Positions 11,101 through 25,070 of a stretch of 64,000 nucleotides of DNA are shown here, in pieces. The translations under genes were made by a program, and so were the position numbers. How positions within the stretch are numbered: the stretch's first letter is position 1; every line of letters begins with the position of its first letter. A model generated the notes under the pieces. The model made no database searches. It had not been told where the DNA came from and worked only from the letters and a program-made list of their open reading frames with translations. Source of the stretch: Octopus sinensis (lineage: Eukaryota); assembly GCF_006345805.1 (NCBI RefSeq), contig NW_021833116.1, positions 150,621 through 214,620 of the forward strand. Direction: 5' to 3'.

Positions 11101-13118
11101 GACGGCTGAAATAATTAACATTTTGTCAAATAATCGAATCGAGGTAAATCAATTATTTTTATTTAATAGATAAAATATGCTAAAGGAAAGATATGGACGG
11201 TACCAATGGCAAGACTTAAAAATGATTAATTTTAATTTTTTTGTTAAAATGCATTATTCTTTGAAGTTATTCAATGATTAATAATTGACATCACAAGGTC
11301 AAAAAATGTAACCGGTTGCCCATGCGTATCCAGCCGCCCATGTCACATATTACAGGGCGACAGCATGTCTCCGCTGCTGTTTGTCCTCTGCCTAGAACCG
11401 TTGAGTAGAGTCCTCACTGCCCAATTCGAACAAATGTCGATCGAACATGAAGGAGGGTGTTTTAGCACCAACCATCTCATGTTCATAGACGACATTAAGC
11501 TGTTCGCTCGGTCTTCAGAGATCCTCCACTCAATGGGTAAAGTCCTGAAAGGTTTCATGAAGGCCGTGGGGTTGGAGCTCAACTACGACAAGTTGGCGAC
11601 TAACACCCCTGTGTGTGGTGACCTAGTCAAAGTCTTGGAGGAACACCAAGGATATAAGTATCTTGGTGTGGTTGAGAGTCCAGCCTTATTAATCACACCC
11701 GAAACGAGAAAGTGTGTAGTGGAGGGTGTGCGTAGTAGGGCGGCAATGTTATGTCAGACTCGGCTCAATGCACGGAACTTATTTCATGCCTTGAACGAGT
11801 ACGCCATCTCATTGCTAAACTACTACGTTGGCCTGATCGAATTCGAGCCGAGTGAGTACGATGAAATGGACCTTATTGTCCGAAGAGTACTCCGAGAGAA
11901 TCATGTCCACGTGTTGGCAAGCAATAAGGAGAGATTGTACTTGTCTCGCGGGCAGCTAGGACGTGGACTGAGTAACATCGTACACTTAAGTGAGCGAATT
12001 CTTACTAAGATGCACGACACCTTGTGGAGTGGGTCGAGTGTATCCCAAAGGAAGGCTGCCATCCTTGCTGCTGAAAAAGCGCGTGGTACACACCTAGGGA
12101 CCATAAAAGGCTATGTGTCGGCTAAGTATGGTCTAGGTGTTACCCAAGTTAATGTGAAGGAGTTGATCAAACTTCAAAAGGAGTCTTTAATTAAAAAGAT
12201 CAACTTAAAAGTCCTTCACAAGACTCTCTTTAGCAGCCTGGACAACCCGCACATTGACGTATCGTCGTCATCTACGTGGCTGAAATATGGGAATAACTCT
12301 CCCCGATCAGAAGGGTTGTTCTCATATTTGCAGGATAGAAACTTTTTTAATGGTCAACGGAAACAGTGTAACCACTGTAAGAGTAAGGCAATGACCGTTG
12401 ACCATTTAGCCACGAAGTGCGGGAGTATGTTTACCATGATTACAGATGGAGGCATAACGAGGTGGTGAGGTCCCTCCATCTTTTGCTCTGCAATAAGTAT
12501 GGCTTGAGGCGGTCCAGAAAGTTGCGAACCCATCGAGTTCAATCTGTGTGTGAGAACTCGCGGGTGTGCATTAAGGTGGATACCCCCATACGCACCTCGA
12601 TTGTTGTCCAGCACAACAGACCCGATATTGTGGTCCACGATAAGGTCACCGGGGAGATTGTTATCGTGGAGGTGGGCATCACGTGCCTAGACCGTTTGCA
12701 GATAGTGGAAGTGGAGAAAAGGAGGAAGTATGACCTCCTTGCAAACGAGCTAGGACTGATGCACCAGTGCAAAGTCCATGTCATCCCGTGTGTGATGACA
12801 TGGGATGGACTGGTCACCAAATACCACAAGCGGTACTTAAGACAGTTGGATGTAGATAAGTCTCTACAGGCTTATATACAGTCAACTGTTCTTAAGAGGA
12901 CTCTGGAAAGAGTCTCGTTTGATGCTCGCCGATCCAGCCCTTTCCTGACGTTTAGTCAGCAAGAGGCGCTGGACTGCACCTTCTCGAAGGTCTACAGTGC
13001 CAGAGAAGAGGAGGAAGAAGGGGAGGAGGTGCGTGGAGTGCCACCTTCTGCTCACTTCGAAGGCTCTGGACTTAGTTAGCAAAATTACTTAGTTAATTAG
13101 TTTCTTTTTTTAATAAAC
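8174..13118 (+). mobile_element. R4/Dong-clade non-LTR retrotransposon (copy A), near full length, split by a Ginger-like insertion
   Basis: 16-bp TSD aataattaaaactact at 8158-8173 and 13119-13134; RT motifs (YLIPK, YRPITC, QGAKEQAL, GIL^QGDSMSP, FIDDIKLF), RLYLSRGQLGRGL, CCHC and REL (RPDIV, EVGIT, EKRRKYDLL); ends in aataaa. Confidence 0.92.
9904..11347 (+). mobile_element. Ginger-like (Gypsy-integrase-related) TIR DNA transposon, internally deleted
   Basis: 63-64-bp TIRs (9904-9967, 11285-11347) with TGT...ACA ends; 5-bp TSD tatta; integrase remnants (LHEYSH; RFNQTI; VYCYKKAVHSFSNQNPFE; VRVKKDYGTNP after a 24-nt intron). Confidence 0.85.
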
Positions 13119-13139
13119 AATAATTAAAACTACTGAATT

Positions 13140-13409
13140 TTAATTATCTGTCTCAACCCCAAAGCCTAATCTATCCATATCCCTAACAATGTATGCAGCG
13201 GAGGAAAGACTGCGAATCCCTGCCAATGACCCTAGGGTCTCCACGGCTATTGGTAAGAATAGGTAGTCTTTGGCCAGGGACGAGTACTTCTTTTTGGAAA
13301 GTTCCACATGTCTTGCTGTCGAAACCGGCTCAACAACTGATGAAATCAAATTTTGAGCTGAGAAGGTGTTGGTGCAGGTTGCGTCAAAAATGAAATATTT
13401 CATAGTCAA
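13140..13409 (-). mobile_element. CRE-like REL 3' fragment
   Basis: IFDATCTNT, KKYSSLAKDYLFLPIAVETLG; 13143-13197 matches the reverse complement of 15905-15955. Confidence 0.65.
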
Positions 13410-15791
13410 TATTAATAAGTCGTAGATTAATAGTCAATATTTGAAACTTTTTGGATTCGCCAATATTAGCTGTCCTAGAGATTAGATACTTTTCAAAATT
13501 TTTTTAGTATGTAACAAATAAGCCTCCAAATTTTTTATATTTTTTTTAGTAATTGGTACATACTTTTCTTAAAGTATGTACTATTCGATTTGTTAATGAC
13601 CTTCAAAAAATCGGTCTACGGGCATGAATAAAAAAAATAGTCTTAATTTCATATTGCAGAAATTATAAATAAATTAACTCTAAATACATCTGTACTTTGT
13701 TCGCAAAAGCCTTGGTCTCTACCTTCAGGAGCCATAATTTTTTTTGTCGAACTTTGCGAATTCAATTATAATTTTCTCTTGTGAAAGAATCGATGAGTAC
13801 TTTTTTGATCAGTTCTAGTTTAATTGAATCAATTTTTAACAAATAAAAGAAAAGATTAGGAAAAGTAATTAACGTTAAAAATAGTTTAGCGTTCTTAAGT
13901 TATTTTTTAGAATGAATAATGCGGTTAAATCTAACAAATCCAATCTGATAACTATTTCCATATAAACGACACTCCAAAGTGTCGTATTCCTTAAATTAAA
14001 TATTTTTGCAAACATCTTACTTTATGAGAAAATTTTTCTGAAAAATCCAGTGAAAAATAGAATTTCGTTGCTTCATTTGCAATAGTCGGGCAGTCTGGTT
14101 TCATTAAAAGGGCGAATTAATCCATAAGTTAAACGCGAGTTTTTCAAATTTATTTCTACTTTGATATTTTGATATGATTTTTCTGTAAGAAATATTTTAA
14201 TAATTATACTCATTATTATTTTCATATAAATATCGATGCTATTCCTAACTTCTACCTCACAAGGATCTGATTTGCATGAGAAGACGTCGACATTAGTAAC
14301 ATTTAAATACTCTAATTTAAATTTAAATGTGTTTGTAAATACTTTCAATAGTGTCAAATTCAATTTGATAGCACACCACATTAAAAAATATTCCGACAAA
14401 AACTGGGCCAAGCATCTATAATAAATATCTATTATTATTTCAGAAAATGGGTTGCCTAAAGATTTTTTTATATAGCTAAAAGTAAATATACAAAACTTTA
14501 AACAAAAAGTGTGATTAATCGAAATAGTTATCAAAAATGTTTTTGGATTCTCATATAAATATTATTTTGGCTCAATATTGTTTTCTTATTTGTCAAAAAA
14601 TGGAATCTGGCATTAATTGGCCTGAAGATTTGTGAAAACCATATGAAAGTTACACTGTAATAAATGACTTTACAATTTTTAAAATAAGCTCAACATAACT
14701 TAAAATGAGATAGAATTAAATCTCTGGATTCTTCATTGAGGAAATCTCTGAGTTCTTCATGGATTCTCCAATAGAGCTTAGTTCTCGTTTTTGTGTTAGT
14801 TCTATTAAATAAGTGCGATTGGAAAAATAAAAACGACACAGTGCGACCTTAAATAGGGAAAAACAAATAATGGGAAACCTTCCTTTTTGGGAAAATATTG
14901 CTTTTGGGGAAATATTTCCACCATCCAATAATTTGATTATTTTTCAAGAAATAAACCCCTTACTGAGAAAAAAATTTATAGATTTCTCTTCAGAATGTAA
15001 TAACATTCTCAAACAATTTCTTCTCCTTTCATTTTCTCTTCTACTTTTTGTTGGAATAGTACAATCTCCTGTTTTGCTAAGAAGGCATGCAGAAATTCAT
15101 TTTTGTTTAAACGATTTGCATTTGCATTATAATTTCGATTTTTGACAAAGTACATAGTTGTGTTTTTAATGAGACCTTTTCAGACAGCTAGTTTATGAAT
15201 TAATTGAAATAAAATTCCTTTGATTAATCTAATCATTAGGTCATATTTAGGAACAAAATAAAATATGCAAATTTGGGTCCTATATCTAAAAAAATATAGA
15301 CATATATTTCATTAAAATAGACCCATACGTAAAAAGACCTGTATATTCAGACGCGCAAAATTTTATTTGGGATTCAAAACTGCTGAATTCCTTAAGGAAA
15401 TTGGGCGATGTTGGGAATACAAAAAAGGGAAGGCCGCGACCGGTATTGGCTACGCCGACGCATTGGAATTGCAGTTCTTCGGGGAAACACGCATGCAGTC
15501 CTGGCTGCCGCAACGTAACAATATATAGTTTTTTTAATAATCAAAAAATTTTTTATGCCTCAAAAAATCAAAAATCAAAATAAAAAAATAAGAGTTCTTG
15601 CTAAAAAGCATGGAAGCGCCGGGCGGTTTCCACATCATACGGAAATCAAGCTTATATAAGAAGAAACGGCCTAAAACTTCAATTTTTTTTGTATCGAAGT
15701 CGCAGAACTAAAATTACTAAGGATTGAGGTACTGGTTGTATCATTTAAAAATAGTCCGAGCATATCTGAAGACAGTCACTCTTAAATATTA

Positions 15792-15831
15792 TGTCAACGA
15801 CCTAGGCTCGGATCATGCTAGGCTCGTGACA
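15792..15831. mobile_element. 40-bp minimal Ginger-like unit (solo-TIR-like)
   Basis: tatta-TGTCAacgacctaggctcggatcatgctaggctcgTGACA-tatta; its reverse complement resembles the left end of the Ginger-like element at 56422. Confidence 0.7.
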
Positions 15832-15904
15832 TATTACAAGTTATTATTCAATGCGTCTTTTATCGGTAAAAACATGTAGACTTTTTAGTCATCTGAAGAC
15901 AAGG

Positions 15905-16095
15905 GCATACATTGTTAGGGATAGGGATAGATTAGGCTTTGTGGTTGAGACAGATTAGGGTTAGGGTCGGTGTTAAAATTAGAGTTAGCGATAAGTTGGG
16001 TCAGGGGTAAACAAGATTTAGGATAGGAGTAAAGTTAGATTAAAGATTGAGTTGAAGTTAGGTTAGGGTTGAGGATACTTAGTGGTTAGGGTTAT
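15905..16095 (+). repeat. Degenerate TTAGGG-like tract
   Basis: ttagggttaggg, ttagag, ttagcg, ttagga, ttaggttaggg and ttagggtt units on a G/T-rich strand. Confidence 0.55.
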
Positions 16096-16109
16096 AGAAA
16101 AGTTGAACA

Positions 16110-18240
16110 GAAAAGAATAATAATTTATTTGAAAAGTCCAGATAAAATTGATTTTTAATTATTGCGTCTGCTTTCAGTCGATTCTCCTCCTCTTCGAGCC
16201 TGAGCAAGTGTCTTCGACGGGTAGACTTATCCATTTTACATGGCAGTTCACTTTTGTGGTTGTTCTCGAGTCCGATTTAATTGCATGCTTCGCCGCTGTA
16301 GGAAGGAGTTTATACTCCGGGCGCATGCTTTCCAATGTTCTCTTGATCACGATTGACTGGATATAAGCTCGCGTAGATACCTGGACTTGTAAGGAGTTCT
16401 GGTATTGTTTATAGAATCTGGATGTTATTCCATCCCACGTAATAACCAACGGTATGATATTCACTTTTGCATTATGGATTACCTTCAATTCGTTCGCCAA
16501 AAGGTCATATTTATGTAATTTTTCTACTTCTACTTGCTTCAAGGATTGCTCAGAAGTAATCCCAATTTCGATAAGCGTAATAATATTCCGAACTTTGTCG
16601 AAGACAAAAATGTCCGGTTTATTATTACTCACTATAGTGTCCGCCTTGATGGTAGTGTCCACACGTATTTCGACCACCTCATTAGAGACAGTCGACTGAA
16701 CGGAGTGAGCCTTTAACTTCCGAGACTGTTTTATTCCATATTTTCGGCAGATGTGCAGGTGCATGCACCTTACAACCTCAATGTGGCGACGTAGGTAATC
16801 ACTGTTCAACATTCTGCCACATCTTGTAGCAAGATGATCCACAGTTTTTTTGGCGGCGTTGCAATGGTTGCAACAACCACCACCGTTGTCAAAGAATAAG
16901 TTGCGGTACTGAACCATGGTCCCTCCGACCTTGGAGAGTTGTTCCCATGAGATAACCACCAGGACGATTCTTTCAGATCCACGTCCAAATCATCATAGCA
17001 ATTGAATAAAATCGAGTGAAGTGGCTTTTTTCGTATCTGTTCAAGTATGTGCTTTCCTTGCAAATCCTTCAGAACATTCAGTTTGAGGCTTTCCGGAGTT
17101 GCAAATTGGTACTTTCTGCATAGGAATTCCTTGATAGTGGCCATATGAGTTTTCTTGAATCTGACGGTCTTCAGGATTCCTTCTCTCCTCAAACAATAGG
17201 AAGCCTTCATCTCAATGTCCTTGAGGAATTCAAGAAGCATTCGCTCGCTTTTACGCACCACAGAAACCAATCCTCTTCCTAGTCGGTCTCTTGAAAGATA
17301 AAGTCTATGTTTGTTTCCAGGTTTCATGTGTATTTGGTGGCGTATCAAAATCTTGCGCACATTCTTGTCGATATTCGCATGGTTCGATATCAATGAGCCC
17401 GATGTAGTAATTATACAACGATAATGCATGCTCATTGACAGCCTTGAAAAAATTTGCAGAATTTAGCTTCGAGTCTGCCAGGCTATTAGTTCTCTCCTCG
17501 ATTGCATCCGATATTGAGTTCATCGTGTCATTCTTCAAAACTCTGCTATCTTTGTCTTCCAATACTCCAAGGTAACAATAGCCATCAATCCCGTCAAGCA
17601 GCTTAGCTTTGCTACTCAACCCTTCAAGATTAGTTGCAGACTTTTCAGCGTTTTGCTCCAATCCGGCAGATCGAAAGAATTGATCAACCTCGACCATCAT
17701 CCTCATTACAGTGTCTTTCTTCCGAGCAAACAATTTTAGGTCGTCCATGAACAACAAGTGGTTCGTTGAGCATACCCGAGGACTATTGCCAGACTTGTCC
17801 ACTAGCACATTTGGGAATTTCGCATTCAATATTCTACTCAGGGGGTCCAGGACAAGAACAAAGATTTGCGGCGATAAAGAATCACCCTGCAAGATCCCTC
17901 TCTCCATTTTCACGTCACCAATCTCTTTTTGATTAAATCTCAGCTTGATCTTCCATTTCGTGACAATTGCCTTGATAAAATCCACAATCCAATGGGGGAG
18001 GCCGGAGTTATCGAGGACTTGATACAGAAACTCGTGATCGACAGAGTCAAAAGCCTTCTTTACATCAATCCAAGCAGAAGGCAAATTATTCCCATTTCGT
18101 TGATGGACACATTGGTTGAGCAATGCCTGCTCTTTGGCTCCTTGACACATTCTTCTCGTCCCCAATTGATTGTCGCTGATCAAATCGTATGCTTCAATGT
18201 AGTCCGTCAATTTTTTGTTCACCATTTTATGGAGGCCATA
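16110..18240 (-). mobile_element. R4/Dong-clade retrotransposon (copy C), 5'-truncated, frameshifted
   Basis: ORFs 17305-18225 (QGAKEQAL, GILQGDSLSP, FMDDLKLF), 16806-17435 (RLYLSRDRLGRGL) and 16174-16959 (CCHC, KPDIF, EIGIT, EKLHKYDLL). Confidence 0.88.
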
Positions 18241-18258
18241 TGCTATGCGATAGTATGA

Positions 18259-18740
18259 ATAAACAAGTCATTAATCCAACATCCCAAGATGTCGTAGATT
18301 TTATAAATAATCGTTAATTATTTTATCATTCGATTTTAGAAATTGTAAATCAGAGTTTTTACATCAACAATCGGATAACGTGGGATGATAACATAATAAT
18401 GTATGATGATGGTCCATTATTGGTATACATAAATAGTTGATTTAGATGACACCGAATTGGGATGTACATCAACCTCATGTCATTGATGAAATGCTGGCTT
18501 GTATTAGCATTAATCACAATGGAAAGTGGAAAACAGATTATTGTGGAGAATATAAAATTCCGGTGTGCTCTGACAAAAATTCGACTTACTCGACTAGCAG
18601 TATTCTTTTATCAAAATTGAATTTTAAAAAGGAAGCACTGCTCGAAAAGCAGGAATGGGATTCGGGATATTTATTGGGATAGCTGCGATTGTGGGAATTT
18701 CAGTAGGAATATTTATATTTCTCCGGTTGAAATACTTTTT
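18259..18740 (+). CDS. C-type-lectin-like domain plus transmembrane helix, 3' part of a gene
   Basis: NWDVHQP...C...GKWKTDYC...PVC pattern, then LLGIAAIVGISVGIFIFL after a 1-nt shift; micro-introns upstream; 5' end not found. Confidence 0.5.
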
Positions 18741-19149
18741 ATTTATATTTTAGTAGAAAAAATATTTCAGTTACCAGTCTGAAATCTTTTGGAAGCCTAA
18801 AAAAAGTATATTATTTATTCAACATTTATAGAGCGGAGTTTCTCAGGAGATTTTGAATAAATATGTTAACTATCGTTTAATGTTCGCTACTTTTAATGCG
18901 ATTTTTTGATTTAAAGTTTCCAAAAATTGTTTAAAAAACAAAAATTATTTTTAACGGTGTTAGATTTTCCAGTCAAGAATTCATGTTTCATTCTTTGCCT
19001 AGTGATTCCCAGAATTGTAGAAATCTAAATAAATTTTTAATTTTAGTTTAATTATCAATTTAACCCTGAATAACCCCTGAATAAATTTTTAATTTTAGTT
19101 TAATTATCATTGAAACATATTTGTTTTAAAAAAATCAAATAAGTAGTAG

Positions 19150-20313
<1,164 letters not shown>

Positions 20314-20489
20314 TTGGTTAGATTGGTTCTTTATTCTTTCGGATTTTTGATTTTGGGGTGTTTTTTTTCATTAAAGTTCTCGATTTTTATTTATTTAATC
20401 ATAAAGAGTTCGGTAGTGACAAAACAACCCATCTTTCATATTTCCAATAAGCTTTTAACTTTATAACTTTTATATAACTTTATAACTTT

Positions 20490-21270
20490 ATTTTATTTTT
20501 TTAAATATAAAATTTTTTTTCAAAGAAATCATAAATTTTATCTTTTGTATTTGATTTTCTAAGCTGTTCGCCAATTTTCATAATATTTTCGTGATCATCA
20601 ATATTTGAATTTTTGATTTGAGAAATGTAAGTTTTGATGGTCTCTAGTGCTCTAAAAGCTTCCGATAGCTCGACTTTTTTCAACATAATCCTCCTCATTA
20701 CTTGTTTTCTAATTTTAGATATTAAATAAAATCAAGTACTGGTTGAAGTTTTTCATCTTCTCGAGATTGCCCTTCCAAAAATTCAATTAGTTCTTCATTT
20801 TCAATATAGCCATATTCAAAAAATACACTTTTTGAAGGAATTGCCTTGTAAAAAACACCGGTTTCATCAGCATTATAGACGTTATCCAATCCATATTGAT
20901 GAATTTTAAAACTGTTTACATAGTTGAAATCAGTAATGGATTTTTCATTATGATTAATTGATCCCATATCGCCGTGATGTTTTCTTAGCTTAAGACCATT
21001 TCGGGTTTTGAACTTTTCAAACCATCCATAGCTTGCTTAAATGCTCCATTATTTTCTCCAAATTTAAGAGCCTTTGAAATGATTATTGAATCAGATAAAA
21101 TTGCTCCTTTTGACTCCATTAGGTTAAACCACGCTACCATTTTCTCATCAATTTCATTAAACTTGAGTTTAGGAATTCTTGTAGCGTTGAATGTGTTTAT
21201 ATCAGTCCTGTTTTATAGGTCGGATTTTGACTTAAGATCGTTTATTTTTTTTATAGATTAATATATTTGT
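20490..21270 (-). mobile_element. pogo/Tigger-like transposase remnant
   Basis: CENP-B HTH (EKMVAWF, ASYGWFEKFKTRNG) and NVYNADETGVFYKAIPSKS. Confidence 0.75.
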
Positions 21271-21510
21271 AATGATATCTAAAAGTAAAAAGATAGCTAA
21301 GCTAATTAAAGGCCTCACGAGACACCCGGCCAGCCTCGCGAATGGCGAAGCCGTTCCCTCGGATCACAGCAATCGACAGACGTTCCAGGAGCCAAGAATA
21401 CTCTCTTGGATCGTGGCTAGTCCTTGAAATCCGTCCACCGAGCAAGCGAAGGAAGCGGAGTGTCTTGGGGCCGAAGATCCCGGAGGACTCCACGATCGCT
21501 TTGGAGAAAT
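21270..21510 (-). mobile_element. CRE-like 3' terminal fragment next to or inside the pogo remnant
   Basis: ESSGIFGPKT...ERLSIAVIRGNGFAI; A-run downstream on the minus strand. Confidence 0.7.
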
Positions 21511-22156
21511 CGTCTTTTTCAGTCTGTCAGAAAAAAATTCTTGAAATTTGTGGATTCGATAATCTTCCATAGAAAATTCAAAATTCAAAATTTTTGACTA
21601 AAAAAGCGATTCGAGAGGTTTTACTGTATTATTGCAACACTGTTTGTTTATTTTTTAAAAATGTGAATTTTTTATTTATACCAATTAAGATAATGGTCAT
21701 AGGACTATATATAGTCAGCATAACTCCACTCAATAAATGCCGCTGACCTCATTATTCTTCATACAACTCATCAAAGTTGTTATGGCAGTTCCAATCTCGA
21801 CCCAAAGAGTTCTTTTCTACTCACATAAACATGTTGAATTTACAGAACATTTCGAAACTCTATTCAGAGGATCCTACTGACTATCTTGAGAAGGGACACT
21901 GCATTCTCAAGATACCATATTGAAAACATATTAAGAAAACATATCAATTAAGCTGTTCAATTAAATTTTCAATTCAGATCGTCGGTCCCTTCTTTGAAAA
22001 AGAGAGTTTGTTGTCGGCTTCCTTGTATCTTCTTTTCTCAACTTTGGGTATTCTGTGACTTAATACACATTAACTTGTAATTTGTTTATGAAATGTTGAA
22101 GTGGATCTTCTTAAATAAAATGAAAAATAGAATAAATAATAATTTCCATAACAACA

Positions 22157-22659
22157 ATGAAAGATCTCAGCACGTCCAGACAGCCCATAGTATTCCAAAT
22201 CTAATCATTTGCAGAGATCCCTGTTGTTGTACCAACTACTTCTATTTCTAAACAAAGCATATAGTGTTCTCTTCCTGTTATTCGAACTGTTCCTGTTTAT
22301 CTACAAAGGCACGTTAAAAAAGTGATTTTGCAGGTACTGAATTGTACTATGGAACACCCTCACTTGTACTCGATATCCTCATTGTCTTGGTGGTCTTTGT
22401 TCTGGAGTATTTGAGAATTTTTTGGGGTTTTTTGATTATTCCGGAATATTTAGGCATAAAAGGGAATGTTTTGGAAAGTGTAGCGGCGATGGGAATTTCT
22501 GTTTTGATATCCCTTGGGTCGATCGGAGGGCTTATCTACTTGTTACGGTGGCAAACCTATGTTCTCAAAATTGAATTGATTTTTGTGGGAATTGAATTAG
22601 GTTTGGTGGGCGTATCGTTTTTAATGTCCATCATTAGTCTGGTTATTTTCTCTCAATAA
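22157..22659 (+). CDS. TMEM216: TMEM216/TMEM17-family ciliary transition-zone membrane protein
   Basis: Spliced product LLLYQLLLFLNKAYSVLFLLFELFLFIYKG...LVLDIL...LRIFWGIKGN...QTYVLKIE matches the family pattern; three micro-introns of ~25 nt, one GC-AG (22309-22333). Confidence 0.8.
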
Positions 22660-23089
22660 ATATATTTTGATGAATTTTTGAATTTATTTTAATAAACAAT
22701 ATAGTCAATATAGGAATTTAATTAACTGTCACCATAGCCGTCAAAATATGACTATTTGTGATGATTAGCTCTATCCCTTTTTACACGTTTTATTTGGCTT
22801 TTTATAACCGAAATTTTCACATTTGTATACAAAGGGACCATAAGCATATTAATTTTGCAAAGACTGCACTTGACTATGCAACAACATCACTTGATATTGT
22901 AATTGTTTTGGTGGTCTTTGCTCCAAAGCTGTTATGAATTTTGCCTTGGTTTGGTAAAACTAAATATTTAGCCAAACGCGCATGAGATATCTTCCGATGT
23001 AATATTTTGATTCACTCTAAATCGATAAAGGACTATTTTTACTTATTATTCTGGTTAACTTGCGTTTTTAAAATTGAATCGATTTTTGT

Positions 23090-23560
23090 GAAAGTAGACG
23101 TCCTCCAAATACGGTTCAGCGTCAAACACACGTCCGTAGTTAACGTATATGCACCCATAGTGGACGGGTTGCCAAAGATCTAGACGAACTTAAGCCTTTT
23201 AAACGCAGCTCTCGGGAACATTGGCCAAACTGGAGTCGTCTTTTCTAGTCTTCATTCCAGGAAACTGGAATGCTAAAGCAGGAGTACGTCGAGAACATGA
23301 GACCACTATCGGAAGACACAAATAAGGAACCTCCCGAGGGCTATGGTGAGTGTTCGACCTATTTCTGTGTAACAATGCGTTTTCGGATGCTGCACGACAT
23401 AAGTCCACCTGGACAGGCTGTCGAAGAAACGAGTCTGGAGACCACGTAACGATCTATAATCAGGTCGACTACATACTTTGCAAACAGAAAGACAGAACAC
23501 TATTACGGGACTCGAAATCTTACGGAGAGCCCATCTTGGAAAGTGACATGAAAGAAAATA
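23090..23560 (+). mobile_element. APE endonuclease fragment of an RTE-like LINE
   Basis: VNVYAP, GNWNAKAG, LFLCNNAF, HKSTW, YNQVDYIL, ESD. Confidence 0.7.
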
Positions 23561-23699
23561 AATTTTAATGTGAATTGTTGGAAAGAAATTTTAATGCATT
23601 TAATTGCTCCTGTGTGTCGTATTTGGAATTGTGGAAAAAAATTATAGCGGAAGGGAATTCTTTCTTTGGACACAAAAAATGATATTGAATGGGTTGGTG

Positions 23700-23940
23700 T
23701 AGAAGCATCGGAGAAAAGTTGAAGCAATTGAATTCGAAGATATAAATGTCGACGATTTATTTGATGAATTTGTTGATGTTAAATCTTTCTGGTCAACAGA
23801 AAATAAGGAATGGAAAACTAATCAGGATAATTGCAAATTAAATTGGATGCATGTTTGTAAATATTTTAATGAGAAGAATATTCAAATTCGAAATTTTATT
23901 AAAATTATCGAATATGTTTGTTGCTTACCTGGCACTATAA
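23700..23940 (+). mobile_element. Possible hAT dimerisation-domain remnant
   Basis: DDLFDEF...W...F...IKIIEYVCCLPGT pattern only. Confidence 0.35.
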
Positions 23941-23989
23941 AAATTAATTTACAGAAATTTCATTATATGGTTATATTGTGGTTACAACC

Positions 23990-24400
23990 ATAATTTATTA
24001 AGTTTTTGATGTCTGCATTCCAACATAATTTACTGCTTGTGCTTCAAAACTAAGGATACTGCTTACGGGGTTCATTGTAAATAGTTGTGAGAATATTTGA
24101 GCATTGATTTATAAGCGCCTGATCTTTAGCACCCTGGCTCTGTTCCTTCCCCAAGTCTCTCTAGTGGTACCATAAGGTCTTTCAGCGTGTGACAATCGTC
24201 TTTAGTTATCAGCTATATCATTTCTAGGGAGTACTAATTCGGATATAGACAAAGACCAAACTTTTAATAAAACAGTTATATTCCGACATTTCCGCAACCC
24301 ATCCAATCAGTAATATATTATATCCATGATTTATCCAGAATAGTTCATTTCAGGTAATTATCCATTTAGAAGAATGCGATTTACTCTGAGACGTGTCATC
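23990..24400 (-). mobile_element. Degenerate R4-type RT fragment
   Basis: QSQGAKDQALINQC motif on the minus strand, with many stops. Confidence 0.5.
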
Positions 24401-25070
24401 ACAGTAGACCCGGCTGAAATTCATAAAAAAGTGATCCTTTTAAATTGAATGAATGCAACTCGAATCTGATTTTATTGAAATAAAAATAATTAATCAACAA
24501 AATTTAATTATTATTTAGTGACTTCCAAAAATTAAGTCGCTGTCGTATCATTTCATCTCTTTGAGAAATAAATTGCGATATTGTCATTCTGAAAAATTAT
24601 ACGAATAAACGACCCTTCAATTCTAAACGACCTAAAACTATTCAAACACAAAAAAATCAACCCATTATCAGAATCCAGTTCAATATCACTTATTCTAAAT
24701 ATTAAAACAAAATACAAAGACGAAGTGTCCCCTTCATTATACTCATCCTCATTCTAAAATCGTCGAAGGAACGTTACCTTCGGAGAATTATTTTCCTTTA
24801 ATCTGTACGGCTTATCAACCATTTGTAATGATATCGAAAGTGGATGGTTTTTATATTATTATTTACGTTGTAAATTATCAATATGATAAAGTATGCTTAT
24901 CAAGTTCAGTTCTTGGCTGATAAAAGTTCCCAAATCTGTTTCCGGTCTTTAATAAAAAACACTTTCTGTATATACAAAAAAATGTTGTCCCATGGAATAC
25001 AAAAATATAATAAAAATTATTTATCTTTAGATTGTAAATTTAAATTGTAATTCAAGTGTGGTGGTGGATA

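Noticed and set aside
8596-12468. Possible bacterial group II intron or retron RT
   Set aside because: R4/Dong-type thumb and REL motifs and a TSD identify a eukaryotic non-LTR element
14073-15513. ORFs 14073-14534, 14716-14928 and 15286-15513
   Set aside because: No recognisable motifs and no consistent exon chain could be built
7441-15715. Weak inverted similarity between 7448-7485 and 15672-15705 as possible ends of a large element
   Set aside because: Short, AT-rich and gapped; no TSD found
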